Program-made: the position numbers and the translations under genes
Notes under the pieces: generated by a model
The model's database searches: none
Seen by the model: only the letters and a program-made list of their open reading frames with translations
Told to the model about the DNA's origin: nothing
Source: Takakia lepidozioides
Lineage: Eukaryota; Plantae; Bryophyta
NCBI GenBank assembly: GCA_030704615.1
Contig: CM060733.1
Span: 74,772,001 to 74,836,000, forward strand
DNA length: 64,000 bases
Direction of reading: 5' to 3'
In this document: positions 37,781 through 47,984 of the stretch, piece by piece
Layout: each line of letters starts with the position of its first letter
Position numbering within the stretch: position 1 is the first letter of the stretch

Positions 37781-38560
37781 GGGGTGATTCCCCGTGGAAA
37801 AATAGCTCCAAGAAACCTGCATGGGTAGATGGTCAACTGGAAGCCGCAGCAGCAGCGACACAATTGATAAAATCAGGCAATGTTAATCAAGGCACCTTCT
37901 TCAACCCATTTCACTCTGTTTTCCCCTCTTATCAGAATCGCCCTAAATTTTCATGTTTTAAGAATTCTGCAAGTTAGGTGGTTGAGTGAACCTTTGATAG
38001 TTTGGAGTGACTTTGACATGATACTGCCAAAGTGACAATAGGAAAGTATCCAGAAATAGGTAACAGAGAGAGAAGCTGTGGAATGAATACTTTTCTGACC
38101 CCAGTCAATGTTGGGACAACTGTCTTGGAAGGTAAATGCCTTTGGATTACAGAGTGGTAGATGCTATTGAGAATAGGAACTGGTGTGATAAGTTGAGTTG
38201 GGTGTTTGCTGGAACAAATCTAGGCTGCCATTGTCAGCTGCTAACAGCAATGCAAGGATGTATGCATGATCTGTGCAGAGGCATGGATAGCTGAAGGAGC
38301 AGGGATAGAGTGTCATCCAAGAGGGCCAGATTTCAAGCTCCAGATTACTTATGATTCCCTGTGGAGGGTTAGCTACAAGAAACCTGCATGGGTAGATGGT
38401 ACATAGTTTGGAGTGAGTTTGACATGATACTGCCAAAGTGACAATAGGAAAGTATCCAGAAACATGTAACAGAGATGAGGAGAAGCTGTGGAATGAATGC
38501 TTTTCTGACCGCAGTCAAGGGTGGGACAATCGAGGGAAAAAAGTGAATATCTATTAGATT
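37780..38560 (+). pseudogene. Scrambled OSB-type PDF-motif exons
   Basis: EKLWNEYFSDPSQCWDNCLGK|gt (38069-38131), HPRGPDFKLQITYDSLWRVSYKKPAWVDG (38314-38400), KKPAWVDGQLEAAA (near 37810) and EEKLWNECFSDRSQGWDN (near 38477). Confidence 0.75.
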
Positions 38561-39326
38561 ACAGAGAGTAGGAGATGCAACTCAGCATAGATACTAAGGC
38601 AAACTCTCCTTCCCTGCAAAGGGTGTGTTTTGGTATCTGAGCGAATAAATATAATTTCTAAAAACATGATTTCAATATTTTGTTATTTAATAATGTTCTC
38701 ATCCAGGCCACTGTCCATTTTTCCAATAATAATAATAACAATAACAATAAATTAAATCCATTGATATTCAAACTTAATATTGGAAAGCAAATAATTAATT
38801 AATTAATGTGTACCACCACACAGGAACAAACACGTGTTGCATAGTGACTTGTCGAAGGTGTGTAATATGACACGTGTCGCATAGTGGCTTGTTCAAGGTG
38901 TGAAATCCGCCGTGAAACATGCCACACTGGCCTTTTTCACACTCTGCCATGTCAGCTATGTCATCGGCCATGTCACCATGCACCCCGTGAAAAAAGCCCA
39001 CCCATGGAAAAAGCCTCCCGTGGAAAAAGCCACCCATGGACTTTTCCACAGGGCCACCCGAGAGCCAGGCCGTCCACGGGGTGTCCGAAAGCACTAGTCA
39101 TTCCTTACACCCACGGCAGGTGTGGACTGCGGCTGATTCCACAGCAAAAAGTGTGGAAAAAGCCGTGGAAAAAGCCCGGGGGGTGCACTCCTCATTAAAT
39201 GTACCAGCCACGTGCGTGCATAGGAGGGGGTATTTTAAACCCCCCCATGTACAACATTATACATACAGAGGGGGGTTTAAAACACCTTAAATATAATTTT
39301 ACAGGAGGGGGTTGTTGAGTTTTTAA

Positions 39327-39394
39327 GGATAGTGTAGTGGTAAGAATGGCGATTCCGCCGCGATGCATCCCGGGTTCGAATCGTGGAATCGTCG
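39327..39394 (+). other. tRNA-derived A/B-box segment followed by an oligo-T tract
   Basis: TAGTGTAGTGGT (A box) and GGGTTCGAATC (B box) at tRNA-like spacing, then T runs at 39395-39420. No complete cloverleaf. Confidence 0.55.
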
Positions 39395-40029
39395 TTTTGT
39401 ATGTTTGTTTTTTTTTTTTTCTTCGCTCCACGATCTTCCCTGACCTCCCGCGGCTTTCTCTTTTCTTCTCCTCCTCTCCCGCGTTCGCCTTCCCTTCCGC
39501 GGGCTTTCTTTTTCCTCCTCTCCTCTCCCTCCTCTCTCCACAGGGCATGGTAGGACAATGTGTGAGGGCACTGACTTGGGAGAAGGTTTGAGGTTGTGAT
39601 GTATGTAGAGGGCAGGAATCGAAGGGGATGAAGTAAGTGTGCGGGAATGTGGGGCAGGCCTGGGCTGATCGTGATGATATGCGGGTGTGGTGGCGGATTG
39701 TTGTGCAGCAATGACAGGAGGACATGGGCATCAAGATTCCCAGTCATCAGAGGTAATGAGCACATTAGGCCTATTTTCTTTCCTAATAATGATTGGCGTG
39801 ACACAATGGTTGTACTCACTGTATCAGGCCTATTCTCATCCTTATTGAATCCAAACAGCTAGAGGGACAAGATGCCCCTAAGTGTACAGAACCTGAACGT
39901 CCTGAATCTGAAGGATTTGGTACTCAAGAGTTTACACAAGACGAGCAAAATCTACACATGGGGTAACTGTCCCCCCTTTGCAGAACGGTTGGGCGTCCAG
40001 GAGCAATCCCAAGCTACCTAGACGACAAA

Positions 40030-42160
40030 CAATTCACATGTAAAGGGCTGGCTTGCGGCTGGCCACTTTCAACTTCTCAGGGCTTACTAACCAAAGGAAA
40101 CAACTCGAAGTGGGACAAGTCCTTCGGACTAATGATATTCATATCTGTGTTGGGCAAGAAACATGGGAAACTTCGGATAAACTGGTTGGAGATGTCAATG
40201 GTTATAAATGGGCAGGTAGGATGTGTACTCTCAAGGCAGCCTCTGCCAAACGCGGTCAAAAGGGTTGGATTCTTTGTCCGTGATTTCTTGTTTGATAATT
40301 GTGAAATTATCAAGAAGGGTTTGAGGTACGAACATAGTATCTGGCTAAAACTGAATCTGAAGGGCGGCATGAGTACGAAGGTCCTCTTTGTGGGTTGTGT
40401 TTACATGCCCACAGAGGGGACCCTTAGTGTTGACGCAGACAAAGCCTTCGAAGATGTAAAGCTGGACTGTGCTTCGTTCCTTGCCAAAGGTCAGGTAGTG
40501 CTATTGGGAAACTTCAATGCCCGGGTGGGCAAAGGGCTCCATCAGGACGATATCATTGGGCCTTTTGGTGAGGACGAGCCCTCTATAAAAGAGTGCTGCA
40601 ATTTGAAAACCAACAGAGAATTGTGTGCGAGGTACTATCAGCTCCGGAAAGATATCAATCAGCTTGTTAGGTCTCAGAAGAAATTCTGGGATAAGTTATA
40701 CAGTGAAATAAACTCAAACCACCATGGTGGTAATGACAAGAAATTATGGTTGGCCCTCAACGTTTGTACAAGCCTAAAAACGGTCAGCAAGTACAAGCGC
40801 TGTGAAGACTACTAAAGGTGCAGTGGTGACTTCATCGGTTGACATTGTCAAAACCTTTGAAAATCACTACAGTATCCTTGGCAGAACTTCTAGGTCTAAC
40901 AGTGAGGGGTCTTCTGCTGAATGGAGGGACACAGTTGGAAAAATTGTTCCTATGATTCAAAACAGCCCTGATGAACTGGAGTATATTTCAATGGCTTATA
41001 ACGCTCCCATTAGTTCTTCTGAGATTGTGGAAGCAATTGAACATTTAAATGGATATAAAGCTGGTGGACCTGATGGTATTGTCAACGAGCTTATCAAGCA
41101 CGGTGGCGATCCCATGATAGAGGCCCTAGTTCTCCTCTTTAACCTTATCTGGAAGACTGAAATGATCCCCTTTCGCTGGTGACAGGGGGTCATTGTCAGT
41201 CTATACAAGAAGGGTGACAGAGAAGAACCGGGGAACTACCGTGGCATCACACTCAAGAGTTGATTAATTGCGCGAAGAGATACTTTGATCTTTGGGGGCT
41301 AGAGGCTAATGTCAGCAAATGTGCAGTGGTAGCATTCAACGACAGAGGAGAGGGAGGAAGTGATCTTAAGTGGCAGTGGGGTAGCCAAGAGATCCCGGTC
41401 CTCCCTTCCTACACTTACCTGGGCGTTGAGTTTTGCTCAGCTGCACCGTGGTGTCTTCAAATGGATCAATTTTTCAGACACGGTCTTGCCAACTGAATGA
41501 TGCAGGTTCACTTGGGAGAGTGCACTCCCCCTTTCCTCTCTGCTTCTGTTTCATGTTCAAAGGTAGGCTTCCTTCCCTGAGTTTAAATTTCAGTCTAGTG
41601 CCGAGAGTGGGTGGACCCTTGAGGTCATCCAAGATGTCCTCCCCCATGTCACTGACTAGAAACAAGTTCAGGGAAGTTTTATGCCTAACTTCATTTTCAT
41701 CAGACAATCTCATGGCAATAGACATGGCTTTGGACACTATAGCCTCTAAGTCTGATTTATCCAGCAGGGTCAAGACTTGCGGATCCAGGTCCAGGTCCTT
41801 GAGAATCTCTTCTACTCTGGCCTTGGGAAAACACCTTTTGATCTCAGTCCAGAAAAGTGGTCAGAGGTACCAATATCAGTTCTGTCAATCAACACATTGG
41901 CACACTGGGGGAACAAATTTTTGTCCATTATGATATAGTCCACAATGGAACGTTCCCCAGTTTGGGATTTCTCACGAGTCCACTGGACTTGGTCACCTCT
42001 TGTCTTGTTAATCAAGGTCAAAAGCTGAAGCTCTTTCCAGACAGTTAATTAACCGTCTGCCATTAGAATTCAGCTCGTCCTCACCAGAAGACCCAATGAT
42101 ATCGTCCTGATGGAGCCCTTTGCCCACTTGGGCATTGAAGTCACCCTACAATAGCACCAC
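40030..42160. mobile_element. Internally deleted, partly inverted APE-type LINE ORF2 relic (+ 40030-41460; - 41470-42160)
   Basis: APE motifs ATFNFSG, QETW, CVYMP, LLGNFNARVG, SIVDYI and SDH. RT motifs KAGGPDGIVNELIK, LYKKGDREEPGNYRGITL and YTYLGV. The RT core (QG/YADD) is missing. Confidence 0.88.
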
Positions 42161-42850
42161 AGAGATGAAGAGAAGCTTTGGAATGAGACACTTTTCTGAC
42201 CCCAGTCAATGGTGGGACAATGTGGGTGGATGGTCAACTGGAAACAGCAGCGGCAACAGCGCAATTGATAAAGCAAGGCACTGCTGATGAAAGGTACCTT
42301 CTTCAACGTATTTCAGCCTGAGGGCACCTTCTGGTTTGACCTGTTTCAGCCTGTTTTTCTCATCAGACTCAGCCCTGAAGCATATGTATTGAATTCTGTA
42401 AGTTAGCTCGTTGGGTGGATCTGCGGTGCTCTGGAGTGACTTTGCAAGTTGCTGCCGAGGTGGTAGCATGACAGTACCTAAAAAAGATAATAGATAGAAC
42501 AAGGGACTGCTAATGAAGTCTTTCAACACATTTCAGCCTGTTTTTCCCTATTATCAGAGTCGTCCCTAGATTTCCAGATGGCGGATTCCAAGCTCCAGAT
42601 TACCTATGATTCCATGTGGAATGATAGCTACAAGAAACCTGGATGGTAGATGGTCAACTGGAAGCCACAGTAGTAGCTGCAGAGGCATGATGTACGCATT
42701 GTTAGTGTGGAGGGAGGGGTAGCTGTTGATACAGGGAGAGGATCGTGGGTGCAAAATCATCCAAGAGGGCCAGATTTGGAGCAAGGAACAGCGCTGGCAG
42801 GAGTTCTATAAATTTGATCCACAGCGGTGGGACAATATTGTCAACAAGGT
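42160..42850 (+). pseudogene. Second set of scrambled PDF-motif exons, related to 37780-38560
   Basis: EEKLWNE..FSDPSQWWDN (near 42167), KLQITYDSMWNDSYKKPGW (near 42590) and NHPRGPD..EQRWQEFY..DPQRWDN (near 42755). Confidence 0.7.
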
Positions 42851-43217
42851 GAGTTTTCTTCATGCAACATCGTAGGGAGTTTGATAGAACTTTGTATTTA
42901 AATATGTTAGTGTGGAGGGAGGGCTAGCCGCTGATGCAAGGATGGACTGTGGGTTCAGGATCACCCAAGAGGGCTACCAGCAGTGGAAGTAGCAGCATTT
43001 GGTCAATAGCAGCAGCAAAAATTAACAACATCAAACTCATCAATCAGGTACTTGCTTCTGTATACATTTCATCCTCTTATGAACGTAGTTCCTACTTGGA
43101 CAGCCTATAGGGTTGTATAAAACAGGACTTTGGAACCTTCCAACCCAGGTGCTTTGTTATTGGTCTATCAAGGTTTGATTTGAAATGTTTTCATTGCATT
43201 TTGCAGGTGAACTCATC

Positions 43218-44917
43218 ATGGAAGAAGAGTTGGAAGTAAAAGTCCTGCTTGTTGGAGGAGATGCATCACCAAACAGGCTTGATTCTGTGTTCACTATGCA
43301 AGGTGTCACATACAAATGCATCCGAGCAGAAATTATAGGTGATGAGCTTGTCTCAGCAAAATTTCATTTCATTTCCATGGGGGGTAGTGTCCTTTCAGCC
43401 AAGCAAGAAGAGAGGATGGTTCTGAAAGGGGATACTGTACACATTAAGATTTCAGACCAAAATGATGGGGACCAAGGATTGAAAAGACCTCTATCTTCCA
43501 GTGGTTCTACGATCTTGCATGAGGACAGACCAGGCGAGGACCCGGCACCAGTGTCTACCAAGATGAGGATGGACCCTGATACACCCTTTGCTGGCGATGG
43601 TGGAAATGAAGACCATGACATGAGCATGCACTTCAGCAGAGATCTGGTAGATTGTGCGGCACGTTGGCTACATCCAACGATATTCAAAAATGGCAGAAAG
43701 AGATTAGAGCCGTTGAAAGGAAAATCTCTGCAGAAGGACGATGTGACAAGTTTGAGCTGATGACAAAGGATCAACAAGGACAAGCAATGTTCCACATATG
43801 GTGTGTTGAGTGTGAGGATGTTTATGCACGGTCTGGGAAAACAAACCATATGATGCATGTGCAAACTTTATGAGATCTCATTTGAGGAGTGAGGGGCATC
43901 GCATAGCCTATGAGAGGCGTCATGGGAAGGGTTCATCACAATGTGTCATCAGCCCTGTAAATGCAGATGAAGCATTAGACGCAAAGAAGAACAGGGTGAA
44001 GGAGGCATTAGAGGAAGTCGCTCGGTTTTGTGAGGACAATCCTGGAAATAGATTTGAGATTGTGGAAGCCACAATTGGAGACTATTCGCAGTTGGGTTCC
44101 ATAAGGATTAGGTGCCCACTGGATTCGAAGTGGCTACTCTTGTTTCCAAGGACAGGTTCTTTGCAATCTTCTTTGACAGAGCATGTGAAAGGAAAAACTC
44201 ATGTCGATGCAGAGATTTGCCAGAAGGTTGGAAGTAGTGGACCTTGCAAAAAGAGAGGAAGGCCTCCAAAGCCTATGATTGCCAAAGATGTAAAGCAACG
44301 GGATCTAAGCTCTTTCTTGGTCAGTCAACCTGTGTTGCCGAAGGCAGTGGTTCCATTTGTCAAAGTAGACGGGAAGACCATATTCAAAAGCACTTTGGTT
44401 AGCCAACTCAATGGCAACCCTACTCTATCCAAGGATAGATTGACACGAGTAAAAAGTGCATCGATGTTGTTTTGCCGAGAAAACAAACCAACTACCAGCA
44501 ACAAAGCCACGAGCTTGGGATTGGGTTCGGATTGTGCTGTATTTTTTGTTGATGGGGAGACTGCGATCCAAACTACAAACAGGAAAGGTAGACCAGGGAA
44601 AACCTGCAGAGGAGCAACCAAAGGCACTTGGTATTTGGGCAGGGTTCAAAGAATGCGGAAGAAAATCAATAAGCGGTTTGTAGAATGTAGGGATTCTGTT
44701 GATTTATTGGAGCGTCCTTCTCATATGGAGATTGGGTTAGCATGGTACCAAAAATTCGAGGAGGGGTCTATACGTACGATTTGATGGATAACATGATGGT
44801 TGATTTGGATTCCATTATCGCGTTAGCATGTTTAAAGTACAATGTCAAGTCAAACACATATGTTCTTGATGCAAATGACCGAAAAGTCTTTGACAACTTT
44901 ATCAAAGGCAAATAATT
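43218..44917 (+). pseudogene. Frameshifted gene of the CCCGGG-TIR element: two CxxC/H..H zinc-finger-like modules, an AT-hook and a C-terminal SKDRLTRV region; probably an internally deleted transposase
   Basis: ORFs 43185-43760, 43652-43873 and 43870-44784 plus a tail to about 44917 join through three frameshifts. Motifs IWCVEC...SHLRSEGH, IRCPLD...EHVKGKTH and KRGRPPK. No recognisable DDE core. Confidence 0.55.
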
Positions 44918-45244
44918 TTTTTAATTAATTTGTTAGATTTTATTATATTTTAAATGAATAAATTCGATATAATATAAAAACATACATATACATATTGGAG
45001 GGTTATTTTTAATGATGGAAAATGAGAATATACATACAGAAGGGGGTACTTTTCGAAAATTGTAAATTTTTGTATATTTACAGGAGGGGATTTTATAATC
45101 TTCAAAAAGTATGTACAGAGGGGGTATAAATTATCCAAGGACCCGTATACAGGGGGTTTTTTTATTAGGCGACGAACGCACGTGATACGCACAGTTTATA
45201 AAGAGTGCACCCCCCGGGGGAAAAAGCCGGTTTCTCTTCTAGTG

Positions 45245-47690
45245 ATGGTGCCCTATCATGGGGCTGTTTATGTCTTTAATTGACAATGACCCTAGTTGGT
45301 CTTATCCATGTCTTGACATGACCTGAATATCTTCCCTCTCTCTCCCTCTCTCTCCCTCTGGAAACTGGGTTTATGGAATTGTCGTCCCGACTTCCATCTT
45401 TGAGAAAATTGAGAAAATTGAAAAATTGGGTTGCAGGGAATTTTGGATGTTTTTTCATCCAAAATACAAATCTTTCCCTAGTGAAACTTTTCTTCACTAA
45501 ATACCTGTGAGTTGCAAAACTCCCGTCAGTTTCTACTTTTTCAATCCAACCTGGATGAAAAAAGGACTTCATCTGACAAGACCTAAATACGGGGCAAGAC
45601 GGGTATAAACCCCCGATGTTTTTCATCTAACCTAGATGAAATACGGACTGCATCCGTGGAGTTCAAGACAAGATGAACGCACGATGTCTTTCATCTTCCG
45701 CGAATGAGAAACGGACAACGTCCATCGGGCGTACAGGCTGGCGGATGTTTTTCATCCTGAGAAGGATGAATGACAGGCCAAATAGGGGAAAACCCTGCGC
45801 AACCCTGATGTCTTTCTTTTTGCGCTGCGAGAGCGCGCGCGATGGCGGCTTGGGAAGAGCGATGGTGCTCGTGCTGCAGATACCTTGAGCTGCCAATCCT
45901 TCAGTGTTTATGGCTCCTGTGAGCGCCGCCTAGGCGGGCTCTTTAAGGCGATGGCGGTGGCTTAGAGATGAGGGAAGATTCACTGTCTTAGTTTGTCTGT
46001 TTTTTGCTGGGAACCACGACAGTGATGGCGCCACCCTGCATGCTTATGACGTTTCCCTAGGAGCCCTTCTCTGGATCTTTGATGAATGGCGACGTCTTGG
46101 TAGAACAATGAAGTCTCTCTCCCTCCCTTTATAAACCCTACCTTTTGAGACCAAGCTCTTTTTTCTTGTGCTTGGCAAGACTTTGCTTTGGTTAAGGTAG
46201 CAGTGCTGTGGTGCTGGCGGAGTCCTCCCTGCACGGTTAGGCTTGTGGAGAGATGACGACTCTCCCCCAAACAGTAAAAAAGGTTTTTTTTCTGTTTAAT
46301 TTGCTTCCCTGCTTTCTTTGGCATTTTATGCGCTTAGATTGAAGTGTATTTGACCTCGATAGCAAGTGTGGAAGCCTGCTACTCACCTCGTGCATCCTCA
46401 CTAACTCACAACGCGTTGTGGTTGTTTTTGGGACGGGCACAGGTGAGGGCTTCCACTTAATATTCTGATGTCTAGGTGTTGCTGGATGCCAAGTGGGATT
46501 GCAGAGCAGGGGAAGGAATCGCTTGCCAGGGACTCATCTTAAAATGCTGAAAAACTAAACTACTCTATGGTTTTTCTTGATCCTACTTCTTTCCTTCCTT
46601 GATTTTTCAAGAACAAGTGTAATGCTTTCTACAATGGGCTATTTCGGCCCAGCCAGTGGAAAACCTCTGTTATGTGGTGACAACCTGGTTTATGATGGCT
46701 TGTGTGAGAGACACACATCTGTTTTCCAGGCCCTAGTTTGCTTTGCTTACCTTATGGTAGTTGGAAACAATTTGAGAGGCTGCAAGGAACTGTTTGCTGC
46801 AGCTACTCGGGTACTTATGTTGGTATAAGGCCCCTGTTATGTTCCAACCCAGATGGCTTTGTGAGCTAGATGCTTAAGCCAGGGTATGGTGAAGTTGCTG
46901 CCTGCGGCTATTCGGCTGACACTGAAATATGGCAGTAATATAAATGGTAACTGGTTTTTGAGGCAGCCAGGGTGGTCAAGTGGAAATACCCCCTGGACAT
47001 GGTGTAATGACATGGTCAAATGTGGAATGATGTGAAAGGTGTACTAACAATATCATGTACTGTCACAGGATGTGTGTGCAGTTCTTTATATTTACCTTGC
47101 TGTGTCATGAACTTTGATTTTCAGCTATAGCAAGAAAGAAAGGTATAGGGGTATTCTGGAAAACTTACCAGACATATCCACCTCCCCTATGGGGGCAAGT
47201 TGTGCTGCAGACCAGTCTAAATAAATACTGGCAAGGCAAGGTATTTAAATCTGTGATATCCAGGTGTTCCTTTCTTTTTTAAGAAAACCCTCCATGATAC
47301 CCATGGGGTTTTAGTAAGTATGTTTGGATTACAGCTTGCAGACAGTAAATCTCTATGATTATTTGACCTGCACCACATCAAGGCCAAAATATGGTCAAGT
47401 ACCCGCCATCCCACCCAGACCTCTGAATGTGTATCATGATCATGACTGGTGGTCAATCAACATCAGTGGCATACTCTTTGGGTTATGAATAATACTGACA
47501 TGAACACAATACTGTGCATGGATGTAATTCTGGATTTTCTAAGCTTGGTGATTGATGGATGGTGCCACTGTTAAGTGGCTGATATGTCTGATTATCCTTT
47601 CATGACAACGACCCTAGGGGTCCTATCTTTGTCTTGACATGACAAAAAATATCTTCCCTCTCTTTCTCTCTCTCCCTCTCTCTCCATGAA
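45245..47690 (+). repeat. Tail of copy 1 and a diverged copy 2 of the GGATGA-rich long repeat
   Basis: 45245-45340 is the reverse complement of 47985-48066 and recurs directly at 47605-47690. GGATGA-rich block at 45440-45810. The ATCCTCACTAAC...CAGGTGAGG motif at 46393-46449 matches 30992-31045. Confidence 0.65.
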
Positions 47691-47984
47691 ATTGAAATTG
47701 AAGAACACTTCTTCTATTGTCCTATATACTATGAGATCCGTGGGGATTCCACTGTCTACTCCGTGGAACCCAAACTCTCACTGAAATCTCTCACTATGAA
47801 GATCAGAAATGCATGGCTGCTTACCTGCAGTTGGGCGCCTCACGCAGCAGCTCCTTCACATTGGCGTTCCGCTGGCGCTCCGCCACCAGGTCGCGTGGGC
47901 GCGCTCCCTCGCTCAAATAACCAATTAAAAATTTATTTATTTTTTTAAAAAAAGAAAAGAAAAAAAGAAAAAGAGAGAAGATAC

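Larger units (their letters stand above)
39175..45218 (+). mobile_element. 6044-bp TIR DNA transposon of uncertain superfamily (non-autonomous, cargo-carrying)
   Basis: Perfect 16-bp TIR CCCGGGGGGTGCACTC (39175-39190 and 45203-45218). Perfect 8-bp TSD GGAAAAAG (39167-39174 and 45219-45226). TACAG(A)GGGGG subterminal repeats at both ends. Confidence 0.9.
38800..45244 (+). mobile_element. Right subterminal region and TIR of CACTA element 2, split by a 6-kb nested insertion
   Basis: CCGTGGAAAAAGCC repeats at 38900-39174. TIR CCGGTTTCTCTTCTAGTG ends at 45244, flanked by ATG (rc CAT). Confidence 0.85.

Noticed and set aside
31937-37977. Functional PPR editing-factor gene
   Set aside because: Multiple stops, frameshifts and strand switches, and no E or DYW domain.
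39327-39394. Intact tRNA gene (also 21270-21335)
   Set aside because: Acceptor and other stems do not pair; only the promoter boxes are retained.
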